From the human T2T-CHM13v2.0 reference genome, Homo sapiens, in NCBI RefSeq assembly GCF_009914755.1, contig NC_060933.1: a stretch of DNA of 64,000 nt. One strand, given 5' to 3'. A program made the position numbers and the translations under genes. The notes under the pieces were generated by a model. The model had not been told where the DNA came from. It worked only from the letters and a program-made list of their open reading frames with translations, and did not search any database. Shown here piece after piece: positions 26,501-42,400 of this stretch. The first letter of the stretch is position 1. Each line of letters starts with the position of its first letter.

Positions 26501-29500
26501 GATTGCACTCGGGTTGATTCCATTCCATTGCATTCCATTCCATTCCATTCCATTCCATTCCATTCCATTCCATTCCGTTCAATTCCATTCCATTACATTC
26601 GGATTGATTCTATTCAATTCCCTTACACTCCATTACATTCCATTCCATTCGGGTAGTTTCCATTCCATTCCATTCCATTCCTCTCCATTCCATTGCACTC
26701 GGGTTGATTCCATTCCATTGCATTCCATTCAATTCCATTCCGTTCCATTCCATTCCATTACATTCGGATTGATTCTATTCAACTCCCTTACTCTCCATTA
26801 CATTCCATTCCATTCGGGTTGTTCCATTCCATTCCATTCCATTCCACTCCATTCCATTGCACTCGGGTTGATTCCATTCCATTCCATTCCATTCCATTCC
26901 ATTCCGGAAGATTCCATTCCATTGCATTCCATTCCATTCCATTCCCCTGCACTCGCGTTGATTCCATTCCATTCCATTCCACTCCATTGCATTCCATTCC
27001 ATTCCTTTCCGTTCCATTCCATTCCATTCCATTCCATTCCAATCCATTCCATTCCGTTCCGTTCCGTTCCATTCCATTCCATTCCATTCTATTCGGGTTA
27101 ATTCCATTCCATTCCATTCGATTGCAATCGAGTTGATTCCATTCCATTCCATTCCATTCCATTCCATTCCATTCCATTCCATTCCTTTCCATTCCATTAC
27201 GGATGATTACATTCCATTGCATTCCATTCCATTCCATTCCCCTGTACTCGGGTTCATTCCATTCCATTCCATTCCAATCCATGCCATTCCACTCGTGTTG
27301 ATTCCATTCTTTCCATTCCATTCAAGTTGAATCCATACCATTGCATTCCCTTCCATTCCATTCCCCTGCAGTCGGGTTGATTCCATTCCATTCCATTCCA
27401 TTCCGTTCCATTCCATTCCATTCCGTTCTGTTCCATTCCATTGCATTCCATTCTATTCGGGTTAATTCCATTCCATTCCATTCCATTCCATTCCAATCGA
27501 GTTGATTCCATTCGATTCCATTCCATTCCATTCCACTCCATTCCAGTCCTTTCCTTTCCATTCCACTCGGGTTGATTCCAATGTATTCCTTTCCATTCCA
27601 TTCCATTCCACTGCAATCGAGTTGATTCCATTGCTTTGCCTTCCATTCCATTCCATTCCATTCCGGGTGATTCCATTCCATTGCATTCCATTCCATTCCA
27701 TTCCCCTGCACTCGGGTTGATTCCATTCCATTCCACTGCATTCCATTCCATTCCATTCCATTCCATTACAATCAAGTTGATTCCATTCCATTCCATTCCA
27801 TTCCAGTCCTTTCCATTCCATTCCACTCGGTTTGATTCCATTCCATTAGTTTCCATTCCATTTCATTTCCTTCCATTCCACTCTGGTTGATTCCATTCCT
27901 TTCCATTCCACTCGAATACATTCCCTCCTATTCCACTCGGAACTATTCCATTCCATTCCATTCCATTCCATTCCATTCCATTCCATTCCATTTCGTTCCA
28001 TTCCATTCTATTCCGTATCATTCCATTTCATTCCATTCCATTCCATTCCATTCCATTCCATTCCATTCCATTCCATTGTACTCGGGTTGATTCCATTCCA
28101 TTGCATTCCATTCTATTCCATTCCATTCCATTCCGTTGCATTCCATTCCATTACATTCGGATTCATTCTATTCAACTCCCTTACTCTCCATTACATTCCA
28201 TTCCATTCGGGTTGTTCCATTCCATTCCATTCCATTCCAATCCATTCCATTGCACTCGGGTTGATTCCATTCCATTCCATTCCATTCCATTGCATTCCAT
28301 TCCGGATGATTCCATTCCATTGCATTCCGTTCCATTACATTCCCCTGCACTCGCGTTGATTCCATTCCATTCCATTCCATTCCATTCAATTCCATTCCAT
28401 TACAATTCGTTCCATTCTATTCTATTCCGTACCATTCCATTCCATTCCATACCATTCCATTCCATTCCATTCCATTCCATTCCGTTCCATTCCGTTCCAT
28501 TCCATTCCATTCCATTCTATCTTGGTTAATTCCATTCCATTCCATTCCATTCCATTCCATTCTATTCCATTCCATTGCAATCGAGTTGAATCCATTGCAT
28601 TTCATTCCATTCCATTCCATTCCATTCCATTCCATTCCATTCCGGAAGATTCCATTCCATTGCATTCCATTCCATTCCATTCCCTTGCACTCGCGTTGAT
28701 TCCATTCCATTCCATTCCATTCCATTCCATTCCTTTCCGTTCCATTCCATTCCATTCCATTCCATTCCATTCCAATGCATTCCATTCCGTTCCGTTCCGT
28801 TCCATTCCATTCCATTCCATTCTATTCGGGTTAATTCCATTCCATTCCGTTCGATTGCAATCGAGTTGATTCCATTCCATTCCATTCAATTCCATTCCAT
28901 TCCGTTCCATTCCTTTCCATTCCATTACGGATGATTCCATTCCATTGCATTCCATTCCATTCCATTCCCCTGTACTCGGGTTGATTCCATTCCATTCCAT
29001 TCCAATCCATGCCATTCCACTCGCGTTGATTCCATTCTTTCCATTCCATTCAAGTTGAATCCATTCCATTGCATTCCATTCCATTCCATTCCCCTGAAGT
29101 CGGGTTGTTTCCATTCCATTCCATTCCATTCCATTCCATTCCATTCCGTTCCGTTCCATTCCATTCTATTCGGGTTAATTCCATTCCATTCCATTCCATT
29201 CCATTCCATTGCATTCCAATCTGGTTGATTCCGTTCCATTCCATTCCATTCCATTCCACTCCATTCCAGTCCTTTCCATTCCATTCCACTCGGGTTGATT
29301 CCAATGTATTCCTTTCCATTCCATTCCATTCCATTGCAATCGAGTTGATTCCATTGCTTTGCATTCCATTCCATTCCATTCCATTCCGGATGATTCCATT
29401 CCATTGCATTCCATTCCATTCCATTCCCCTGCACTCGGGTTGATTCCATTCCATCCCACTCCATTCCGTTCCATTCCATTCCATTGCATTGTATTCGGGT

Positions 29501-32500
29501 TAATTGCATTCCATTCCATTCCATTCCATTCCATTCCATTCCATTCCATTACAATCGAGTTGATTCCATTCCATTCCATTCCATTCCAGTCATTTCCATT
29601 CCATTCCACTCGGGTTGATTCCATTCTATTAGTTTCCATTCCATTCCATTCCCTTCCATTCCACTCTGGTTGATTCCATTCCTTTCCATTCCACTCGAAT
29701 ACATTCCCTCCTATTCCACTGGGAACGATTCCATTCCATTCCGTTGCATTCCATTCCATTACATTCGGATTGATTCTATTCAACTCCCTTACTCTCCATT
29801 ACATTCCATTCCATTCGGGTTGTTCCATTCCATTCCATTCCATTCCAATCCATTCCATTGCACTCGGGTTGATTCCATTCCATTCCATTCCATTCCGGAT
29901 GATTCCATTCCATTGCATTCCGTTCCATTACATTCCCCTGCACTCGCGTTGATTCCATTCCATTCCATTCCATTCCATTCAATTCCATTCCATTACAATT
30001 CGTTCCATTCCATTCTATACCGTACCATTCCATTCCATTCCATACCATTCCATTCCATTCCATTCCATTCCATTCCATTCCATTCTATTCGGATTAATTC
30101 CATTCCATTCCATTCCATTCCATTCTATTCCATTCCATTGCAATAGAGTTGAATCCATTGCATTTCATTCCATTCCATTCCATTCCATTCCATTCCATTC
30201 CATTCCATTCCGGAAGATTCCATTCCATTGCATTCCATTCCATTCCATTCCCCTGCACTCGCATTGATTCCATTCCATTCCATTCCATTCCATTCCATTC
30301 CGTTCCGTTCCATTCCATTCCATTCCATTCCATTCCATTCCGTTCCGTTCCATTCCATTCCATTCCATTCTATTCGGTTTAATTCCATTCCATTCCATTA
30401 CATTCCATTCCATTCCATTCCATTCCAATCGAGTTGTTTCCATTCCATTCCATTCCATTCCATTCCATTCCACTCCATTCCAGTCCTTTCCATTCCATTC
30501 CACTCGGGTTGATTCCAATGTATTCCTTTCCATTCCATTCCATTCGATTGCAATCGAGTTGATTCCATTCCATTCCATTCCATTCCATTCCATTCCATTC
30601 CATTCCTTTCCATTCCATTACGGATGATTCCATTCCATTCCATTCCATTCCATTCCATTCCCCTGTACTCGGGTTGATTCCATTCCATTCCATTCCAATT
30701 CATGCCATTCCACTCGTGTTGATTCCATTCTTTCCATTCCATTCAAGTTGAATCCATTCCATTGCATTCAATTCCATTCGATTCCATTCGATTGCACTCG
30801 GGTTGATTCCATTCCATTGCATTCCATTCCATTCCATTCCATTCCGTTCCATTCCATTCCATTACATTCGGATTGATTCTATTCAATTCCCTTACACTCC
30901 ATTCCATTCCATTCCATTCGGGTAGTTTCCATTCCATTCCATTCCATTCCTCTCCTTTCCATTGCACTCGGGTTGATTCCATTCCATTGCATTCCATTCC
31001 ATTCCATTCAATTCCATTCCGTTCTATTCCATTCCATTACATTCGGATTGATTCTATTCAACTCCCTTACTCTCCATTACATTCCATTCCATTCGGGTTT
31101 TTCCATTCCATTCCATTCCATTCCACTCCATTCCATTGCACTAGGGTTGATTCCATTCCATTCCATTCCATTCCATTCCATTCCATTCCATTTCATTCCA
31201 TTCCGGAAGATTCCATTCCATTGCATTCCATTCCATTCCATTCCCCTGCATTCGTGTTTATTCCATTCCATTCCATTCTATTCCATTCCATTCCCTTCCT
31301 TTCCATTCCATTCCATTCCATTCCATTCCATTCCATTCCATTCCGTTCCGTTCCATTACATTCCATTCCATTCTATTCGGGTTAATTCCATTCCATTCCA
31401 TTCGATTGCAATCGAGTTGATTCCATTCCATTCCATTCCATTCCATTCCATTCTATTCCTTTCCATTCCATTACGGATGATTCCATTCCATTGCATTCCA
31501 TTCCATTCCATTCCCCTGCACTGGCGTTGATTCCATTCCATTCCATTCCTTTCCATTCCATTCCTTTCCGTTCCATTCCATTCCATTCCATTCCATTCCA
31601 ATCCATTCCATTCCGTTCCGTTCCGTTCCATTCCATTCCATTCCATTCTATTCGGGTTAATTCCATTCCATTCCGTTCGATTGCAATCGAGTTGATTCCA
31701 TTCCATTCCATTCCATTCCATTCCATTCCTTTCCATTCCATTACGGATGATTCCATTCCATTGCATTCCATTCCATTCCATTCCCCTGTACTCGGGTTGA
31801 TTCCATTCCATTCCATTCCAATCCATGCCATTCCACTCGTGTTGATTCCATTCTTTCCATTCCATTCAAGTTGAATCCATTCCATTGCATTCCATTCCAT
31901 TAAATTACCCTGCAGTCGGGTTGTTTCCATTCCATTCCATTCCATTCCATTCCATTCCATTCCATTCCGTTCCGTTCCATTCCATTCCATTCCATTCTAT
32001 TCGGTTTAATTCCATTCCATTCCATTCCATTCCATTCCATTCCATTCCATTCCAATCGAGTTGATTCCATTCCATTCCATTCCATTCCATTCCCTTCCAC
32101 TCCATTCCAGTCCTTTCCATTCCATTCCACTCGGGTTGATTCCAATGTATTCCTTTCCATTCCATTCCATTCGATTGCAATCGAGTTGATTCCATTCCAT
32201 TCCATTCCATTCCATTCCATTCCGGAAGATTCCATTCCATTGCATTCCATTCCATTCCATTCCCTTGCACTCGCGTTGATTCCATTCCATTCCATTCCAT
32301 TCCATTCCATTCATTTCCGTTCCATTCCATTCCTTTCCGTTCCATTCCATTCCATTCCATTCCATTCCATTCCAATGCATTCCATTCCGTTCCGTTCCGT
32401 TCCATTCCATTCCATTCCATTCTATTCGGGTTAATTCCATTCCATTCCATTCGATTGCAATCGAGTTGATTCCATTCCATTCCATTCAATTCCATTCCAT

Positions 32501-35500
32501 TCCATTCCATTCCTTTCCATTGCATTACGGATGATTCCATTCCATTGCATTCCATTCCATTCCATTCCCCTGTACTCGGGTTGATTCCTTTCCATTCCAT
32601 TCCAATCCATGCCATTCCACTCTCGTTGATTCCATTCTTTCCATTCCATTCAAGTTGAATCCATTCCATTGCATTCCATTCCATTCCATTCCCCTGCAGT
32701 CGGGTTGTTTCCATTCCATTCCATTCCATTCCATTCCATTCCATTCCATTCCATTCCAATCGGGTTGATTCCATTCCATTCCATTCCATTCCATTCCACT
32801 CCATTCCAGTCCTTTCCATTCCATTCCACTCGGGTTGATTCCAATGTATTCCTTTCCATTCCATTCCATTCCATTGCAATCGAGTTGATTCCATTGCTTT
32901 GCATTCCATTCCATTCCATTCCATTCCGGATGATTCCATTCCATTGCATTCCATTCCATTCCATTCCCCTGCACTCGGGTTGATTCCATTCCATCCCACT
33001 CCATTCCGTTCCATTCCATTCCATTGCATTGTATTCGGGTTAATTCCATTCCATTCCATTCCATTCCATTCCATTCCATTCCATTCCATTCCATTACAAT
33101 CGAGTTGATTCCATTCCATTCCATTCCATTCCAGTCCTTTCCATTCCATTCCACTCGGGTTGATTCCATTCTATTAGTTTCCATTCCATTCCATTCCCTT
33201 CCATTCCACTCTGGTTGATTCCATTCCTTTCCATTCCACTCGAATACTTTCCCTCCTATTCCACTCGGAACGATTCCATTCCATTCCATTCCATTCCATT
33301 CCATTCCGTTCCATTCCATTTCGTTCCATTCCATTCTATTCCGTATCATTCCATTCCATTCCATTCCATTCCATTCCATTCCATTCCATTCCATTGTACT
33401 CGGGTTGATTCAATTCCATTGCATTCCATTCCATTCCATTCCATTCCATTCCGTTCCATTCCATTCCATTATATTCGGATTGATTCTATTCAACTCACTT
33501 ACTCTCCATTACATTCCATTGCACTCGGGTTGATTCCATTCCATTCCATTCCATTCCATTCCATTCCATTCCATTCCGGAAGATTCCATTCCATTGCATT
33601 CCATTCCATTCCATTCCCCTGCACTCGGGTTGATTCCATTCCATTCCATTCCATTCCATTCCATTCCGTTCCGTTCCATTCCATTCCATTCCATTCCATT
33701 CCATTCCATTCCGTTCCGCTCCATTCCATTCCATTCCATTCTATTCGAGTTAATTCCATTCCATTCCATTCGATTGCAATCGAGTTGATTCCATTCCATT
33801 CCATTCCATTCCATTCCATTCCATTCCTTTCCATTCCATTACGGATGATTCCATTCCATTCCATTCCATTCCATTCCATTCCCCTGTACTCGGGTTGATT
33901 CCATTCCATTCCATTCCAATCCATGCCATTCCACTCGTGTTGATTCCATTCTTTCCATTCCATTCAAGATGAATCCATTCCATTGCATTCCATTCCATTC
34001 GATTCCATTCGATTGCACTCGGGTTGATTCCATTCCATTGCATTCCATTACATTCCATTCCATTCCATTCCATTCCATTCCGTTCCATTCCATTCCATTA
34101 CATTCGGATTGATTCTATTCAATTCCCTTACACTCCATTCCATTCCATTCCATTCGGGTAGTTTCCATTCCATTCCACTCCATTCCTCTCCTTTCCATTG
34201 CACTCGGGTTGATTCCATTCCATTGCATTCCATTCCATTCCATTCAATTCCATTCCGTTCTATTCCATTCCATTACATTCGGATTGATTCTATTCAACTC
34301 CCTTACTCTCCATTACATTCCATTCCATTCGGGTTGTTCCATTCCATTCCATTCCATTCCACTCCATTCCATTGCACTCGGGTTGATTCCATTCCATTCC
34401 ATTCCATTCCATTTCATTCCATTCCGGAAGATTCCATTCCATTGCATTCCATTCCATTCCATTCCCCTGCACTCGTGTTTATTCCATTCCATTCCATTGT
34501 ATTCCATTCCATTCCCTTCCTTTCCATTCCATTCCATTCCATTCCATTCCATTCTATTCCGTTCCGTTCCACTCCATTCCATTCCATTCCATTCTATTTG
34601 GTTAATTCCATTCCATTCCATTCGATTGCAATCGAGTTGATTCCTTTCCATTCCATTCCATTCCATTCCATTCCATTCCATTCCTTTCCATTCCATTACG
34701 GATGATTCCATTCAATTGCATTCCATTCCATTCCTTTCCCCTGTACTCGGGTTGATTCCATTCCATTCCATTCCAATCCATGCCATTCCACTCGTGTTGA
34801 TTCCATTCTTTCCATTCCATTCAAGTTGAATCCATTCCATTGCATTCCATTCCATTCGATTCCATTCGATTGCACTCGGGTTGATTCCATTCCTTTGCAT
34901 TCCATTCCATTCCATTCCATTCCATTCCATTCCATTCCATTCCGTTCCATTCCATTTCATTACATTCAGATTTATTCTATTCAATTCCCTTACACTCCAT
35001 TATATTCCAATCCATTCTGGTTGTTTCCATTCAATTCCATTCCATTTCACTCCTTTCCATTGCACTCGGGTTGATTCCATTCCATTCCATTCCATTGCAT
35101 TCCATTCCAGTCCATTCCGGATTATTCCATTCCATTGCATTCCATTCCATTCCATTCCCCTGCACTCGGGTTGATTCCATTCCATTCCATTCCATTACAT
35201 TCCGTTCCATTCCATTCCATTCCATTCGGATTGATTCTATTCAATTCCCTTACACTCCATTACATTCCATTCCATTCGGGTAGTTTCCATTCCATTCCAT
35301 TCCATTCCTCTCCATTCCATTGCACTCGGGTTGATTCCATTCCATTGCATTCCATTCCATTCCATTCAATTCCATTCCGTTCCATTCCATTCCGTTACAT
35401 TTGGATTGATTCTATTCAACTCCCTTACTCTCCATTACATTCCATTCCATTCGGGTTGTTTCATTCCATTCCATTCCATTCCACTCCATTCCATTGCACT

Positions 35501-38500
35501 CGGGTTGATTCCATTCCATTCCATTCCATTCCATTCCATTCCATTATGGAAGATTCCATTCCATTGCATTCCATTCCATTCCATTCCCCTGCACTCGCGT
35601 TGATTCCATTCCATTCCATTCTATTCCGTTCCATTCCCTTCCTTTCCGTTCCATTCCATTCCATTCCATTCCGTTCCGTTCCATTACATTCCATTCCATT
35701 CTATTCGGGTTAATTCCATTCCATTCCATTCGATTGCAATCGAGTTGATTCCATTCCATTCCATTCCATTATATTCCATTCTATTCCTTTCCATTCCATT
35801 ACGGATGATTCCATTCCATTGCATTCCATTCCATTCCATTCCCCTGCACTGGCGTTGATTCCATTCCATTCCATTCCATTCCATTCCATTCCTTTCCGTT
35901 CCATTCCATTCCATTCCATTCCATTCCAATCCATTCCATTCCGTTCCGTTCCGTTCCATTCCATTCCATTCCATTCTATTCGGGTTAATTCCATTCCATT
36001 GCGTTCGATTGCAATTGAGTTGATTCCATTCCATTCCATTCCATTCTTTTCCATTCCATTGCAACCGAGTTGAATCCGTTGCATTTCATTCCATTCCATT
36101 CCATTCCATTCCGGAAGATTCCATTCCATTGCATTCCATTCCATGCCATTCCCCTGCACTCGCGTTGATTCCATTCCATTCCATTCCATTCCATTCCATT
36201 CCATTCCATTCCGTTCCGTTCTGTTCCATTCCATTCCATTCCATTCCATTCCATTCCGTTCCGTTCCATTCCATTCCATTCCATTCTATTCGGGTTAATT
36301 CCACTCCATTCCATTCGATTGCAATCGTGTTGATTCCATTCCATTCCATTCCATTCCATTCCATTCCATTCCATTCCATTCCTTTCCATTCCATTACGGA
36401 TGATTCCATTCCATTGCATTCCATTCCATTCCATTCCCCTGTAATCGGGTTGATTCCATTCCTTTGCATTCCAATCCATGCCCTTCCACTCGTGTTGATT
36501 CCATTCTTTCCATTCCATTCAAGTTGAATCTTTTCCATTGCATTCCATTCCATTCGATTCCATTCGATTGCACTCGGGTTGATTCCATTCCATTGCATTC
36601 CATTCCATTCCATTCCATTCCATTCCATTCCGTTCCATTCCATTCCATTACATTCGGATTGATTCTATTCAATTCCCTTACACTCCATTACATTCCATTC
36701 CATTCGGGTAGTTTCCATTCCATTCCATTCCAATCCTCTTCATTCCATTGCACTCGGGTTGATTCCATTCCATTGCATTCCATTCCATTCCATTACGTTC
36801 CATTCCATTCCATTACATTCGGATTGACTCTATTCAACTCCCTTACTCTCCATTACATTCCATTGCATTCGGCTTGTTCCATTCCATTCCATTCCATTCC
36901 ACTCCATTCCATTGCACTCAGGTTTATTCCATTTCATTCCATTCCATTCCATTCCATTCCGGAAGATGCCATTCCATTGCATTCCATTACATTCCATTCC
37001 CCTGCACTCGCGTTGATTCCATTCCATTCCATTCCATTCCATTCCATTCCATTCCATTCCATTCCTTTCCGTTCCATTCCATTCCATTCCATTCCATTCC
37101 ATTCCGTTCCGTTCCATTCCATTCCATTCCATTCTATTCGGGTTAATTCCATTCCATTCCATTCGATTGCAATCGAGTTGATTTCATTCCATTCCATTCC
37201 ATTCCATTCCATTTCTTTTCATTCCATTACGGATGATTCCATTCCATTCCATTCCATTCCATTCCATTCCATTACAATCGAGTTGATTCCATTCCATTCC
37301 ATTCCATTCCAGTCCTTTCCATTCCATTCCACTCGGGTTGATTCCATTCTATTAGTTTCCATTCCATTCCATTCCCTTCCATTCCACTCTGGTTGATTCC
37401 ATTCCTTTCCATTCCACTCGAATACATTCCCTCCTATTCCACTCGGAACGATTCCATTCCATTCCATTCCATTCCATTCCATTTCGTTCCATTCCATTCT
37501 ATTTCGTATCATTCCATTCCATTCCATTCCATTCCATTCCATTCCATTCCATTCCATTCCATTCCATTCCATTGTAGTCGGGTTGATTCCCTTCCATTGC
37601 ATTCTATTCTATTCCATTCCATTCCATTCCGTTGCATTCCATTCCATTACATTCGGATTGATTCTATTCAACTCCCTTACTCTCCATTACATTCCATTCC
37701 ATTCGGGTTGTTCCATTCCATTCCATTCCATTCCACTCCATTCCATTGCACTCGGGTTGATTCCATTCCATTCCATTACATTCCGTTCCATTCCGGATGA
37801 TTCCATTCCATTGCATTCCGTTCCATTACATTCCCCTGCACTCGCGTTGATTCCATTCCATTCCATTCCATTCCATTCAATTCCATTCCATTACAATTCG
37901 TTCCATTCCATTCTATTCCGTACCATTCAATTCCATTCCATACCATTCCATTCCATTCCATTCCATTCCGTTCCATTCCGTTCCATTCCATTCCAGTCAA
38001 TTCTATTCGGATTAATTCCATTCCATTCCATTCCATTCCATTCTATTCCATTCCATTGCAATCGAGTAGAATCCATTGCATTTCATTCCGGAAGTTTCCA
38101 TTCCATTGCATTCCATTCCATTCCATTCCCCTGCACACGCGTTGTTTCCATTCCATTCCATTCCTTTCCATTCCATTCCATTCCATTCCAATCCATTCCA
38201 TTCCATTCCATTCCATTCCGTTCCATTCCATTCCATTCCATTCCATTCCATTCCATTCCGTTCCATTCCATTCCATTACATTCGGATTGATTCTATTCAA
38301 TTCCCTTACACTCCATTACATTCCATTCCATTCGGGTAGTTTCCATTCCATTCCATGCCATTCCTCTCCATTCCATTGTACTCGGGTTGATTCCATTCCA
38401 TTGCATTCCATTCCATTCCATTCAATTCCATTCCGTTCCATTCCATTCCATTACATTCGGATTTATTCTATTCAACTCCCTTACTCTCCATTACATTCCA

Positions 38501-39209
38501 TTCCATTCGGGTTGTTCCATTCCATTCCATTCCATTCCACTCCATTCCATTGCACTCGGGTTTATTCCATTCCATTCCATTCCATTCCATTCCATTCCAT
38601 TCCGGAAGATTCCATTCCATTGCATTCCATTCCATTTGATTCCCCTGCACTCGCGTTGATTCTATTCCATTCCATGCCATTCCATTCCATTCCATTCCAT
38701 TCCATTCCATTCCTTTCCGTTCCATTCCATTCCATTCCATTCCATTCCAATCCATTCCATTCTGTTCCGTTCCATTCCATTCCATTCCATTCCATTCTAT
38801 TCGGGTTAATTCCATTCCATTCCATTCGATTGCAGTCGAGTTGATTCCATTCCATTCCATTCCATTCCATTCCATTCCTTTCCTTTCCATTCCATTACGG
38901 ATGATTCCATTCCATTGCATTCCATTCCATTCCATTCCCCTGTACTCGGGTTGATTCCATTCCATTCCATTCCAATCCATGCCATTCCACTCGTGTTGAT
39001 TCCATTCTTTCCATTCCATTGAAGTTGAATCCATTCCATTGCATTCCATTCCATTCGATTCCATTCGATTGCACTCGGGTTGATTCCATTCCATTGCATT
39101 CCATTCCATTCCATTTCATTCCATTCCATTCCTTTCCATTCCATTCCATTCCATTCCATTCCATTCCATTGCAATCGAGTTGATTCCATTCCATTCCTTT
39201 CCATTCCAT

Positions 39210-39480
39210 TCAATTGCCTTGCATTCCACTCGGGTTGATTCCATTCCCTTCTTTCCACTCAATTACATTCCCTTCCATTCCACTCGGAATGATTGATTCC
39301 ATTCCATTCCATTCCATTTCATTCCATTGCAATCCATTCCAATCCATTCCATTCCATTCCATTCCACTCGAGTTGACTTCATTCCACTCCTTTCCATTCC
39401 ATTCCATTCCTTTCCACTCGATTTGATTCCATTCCATTCCAATCCATTGCATTCCATTCCATGCCATTCCACTCGGGTTG
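39210..39480 (+). repeat. Highly diverged HSat3 island
   Basis: Cluster of unusual motifs (caattgccttgc, cccttctttccactcaattac, ctcgagttgacttc, ctcgatttgatt) not seen elsewhere in the + block. Confidence 0.75.
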
Positions 39481-42400
39481 ATTCCATTCCTTTGCATTCC
39501 ATTCCATTCCATTCCATTGCATTCCATTCCATTCCATTCCGTTGCATTCCATTCCATTACATTCGAATTGATTCTATTCAACTCCCTTACTCTCCATTAC
39601 ATTCCATTCCATTCGGGTTGTTCCATTCCATTCCATGCCATTCCACTCCATTCCATTGCACTCGGGTTGATTCCGTTCCATTCCATTCCATTCCATTTCA
39701 TTCCAGATGATTCCATTCCATTGCATTCCGTTCCATTACATTCCCCTGCACTCGCGTTGATTCCATTCCTTTCCATTCCATTCCATTCCATTCAATTCCA
39801 TTCCATTACAATCATTTCCATTCCATTCTATTCCGTACCATTCCATTCCATTCCATACCATTCCATTCCATTCCATTCCATTCCATTCCATTCGATTCCG
39901 TTCCATTCCGTTCCATTCAGTTCCATTCCATTCCATTCCATTCCATTCCATTCTATTCGGGTTAATTCCATTCCATTCCATTCCATCCCATTCTATTACA
40001 TTCCATTGCAATCGAGTTGAATCCATTGCATTTCATTCCATTCCATTCCATTCCATTCCATTCCGGAAGATTCCATTCCATTGCATTCCATTCAATTCCA
40101 TTCCCCTGCACTCGCGTTGATTCCATTCCATTCCATTCCATTCCATTCCGTTCCGTTCCATTCCATTCCATTCCATTCCATTCCATTCCATTCCATTCCA
40201 TTCCGTTCCGTTCCATTCCATTCCATTCTATTCGGGTTAATTCCATTCCATTCCATTCCATTGCAATCGTGTTGATTCCATTCCATTCCATACCATTCCA
40301 TTCCATTCCATTCCTTTCCATTCCATTACGGATGATTCCATTCCATTGCATTCCATTCCATTCCATTCCCCTGTACTCGGGTTGATTCCATTCCATTGCA
40401 TTCCAATCCATGCCCTTCCACTCGTGTTGATTCCATTCTTTCCATTCCATTCAAGTTGAATCCATTCCAATGCATTCCATTCCATTCGATTCCATTCGAT
40501 TGCACTCGGGTTGATTCCATTCCATTGCATTCCATTCCATTCCATTCCATTCCATTCCATTCCATTCCATTCCGTTCCATTCCATTTCATTACATTCAGA
40601 TTGATTCTAATCAATTCCCTTACACTCCATTATATTCCAATCCATTCTGGTTGTCTCCATTCCATTCCATTCCATTTCACTCCATTCCATTGCACTCGGG
40701 TTGATTCCATTCCATTCCATTCCATTCCATTCCATTCCATTCCATTCCGGATGATTCCATTCCATTTCATTCCGTTCCATTACATTCCCCTGCACTCGCA
40801 TTGATTCCATTCCATTCCATTCAATTCCATTCCATTACAATTCGTTACATTCCATTCTATTCCGTACCATTCCATTCCATTCTATACCATTCCATTTCAT
40901 TCCATTCCATTCCATTCCATTCCATTCCATTCCGTTCCATTCCGTTCCATTGCATTCCATTCCATTCTATTCGGGTTAATTCCATTCCATTCCATTCCAT
41001 TCCATTCTATTCCATTCCATTGCATTCGAGTTGAATCCATTGCATTTCATTCCATTCCATTCCATTCCATTCCATTCCGGAAGATTCCATTCAATAGCAT
41101 TCCATTCCATTCCATTCCCCTGCACTCGCGTTGATTCCATTCCATTCCATTGCATTCCATTCTGTTCCGTTCCATTCCATTCCATTCCATTCCGTTCCGT
41201 TCCTTTCCATTCCATTCCATTCCTTTCTATTCGGGTTAATTCCATTCCATTCCATTCGATTGCAATCTAGTTGATTCCATTCCATTGCATTTCATTCCAT
41301 TCGATTCCATTCGATTGCACTCGGGTTGATTCCATTCCATTGCATTCCATTCCATTCCATTCCATTCCATTCCATTCCATTCCGTTCCAATCCTTTCCAT
41401 TACATTCGGATTGATTCTATTCAATTCCCTTACACTCCATTACATTCCATTCCATTCGGGTAGTTTCCACTCCATTCCATTCCATTCCTCTCCATTCCAT
41501 TGCACTCGGGTTGATTCCATTCCATTGCATTCCATTGCATTCCATTCAATTCCATTCCGTTCCATTCCATTCCATTACATTCGGATTGATTCTATTCAAC
41601 TCCCTTACTCTCCATTACATTCCATTCCATTCGGGTTGTTCCATTCCATTCCATTCCATTCCACTCCATTCCATTGCACTCGGGTTTATTCCATTCCATT
41701 CCATTCCATTCCATTCCATTCCATTCCATTCCATTCCGGAAGATTCCATTCCATTGCATTCCATTCCATTCCATTCCCCTGCACTCGCGTTGATTCCATT
41801 CCATTCCATTCCATTCCATTCCATTCCATTCCATTCCGTTCCGTTCCGTTCCATTCCATTCCATTCCATTCCATTCCGTTCCGTTCCGTTGCATTCCATT
41901 CCATTCCATTCCATTCTATTTGGGTTAATTCCATTCCATTCCATTCGATTGCAATCGAGTTGATTCCATTCCATTCCATTCCATTCCATTCCATTCCATT
42001 ACGGATGATTCCATTCCTTTGCATTCCATTCCATTACATTCCCCTGTACTCGGGTTTATTCCATTCCATTCCATTCCAATCCATGCCATTCCACTCGTGT
42101 TGATTCCATTCTTTCCATTCCATTCAAGTTGAATCCATTCCATTGCATTCCATTCCATTCGATTCCATTCGATTGCACTCGGGTTGATTCCATTCCATTG
42201 CATTCCATTCCATTCCATTCCATTCCATTCCATTCCGTTCCATTCCATTCCATTACATTCGGATTAATTCTATTGAATTCCCTTACACTCCATTATATTC
42301 CATTCCATTCGGGTAGTTTCCATTCCATTCCATTCCATTCCTCTCCATTCCATTGCACTCGGGTTGACTGCATTCCATTGCATTCCATTCCATTCCATTC

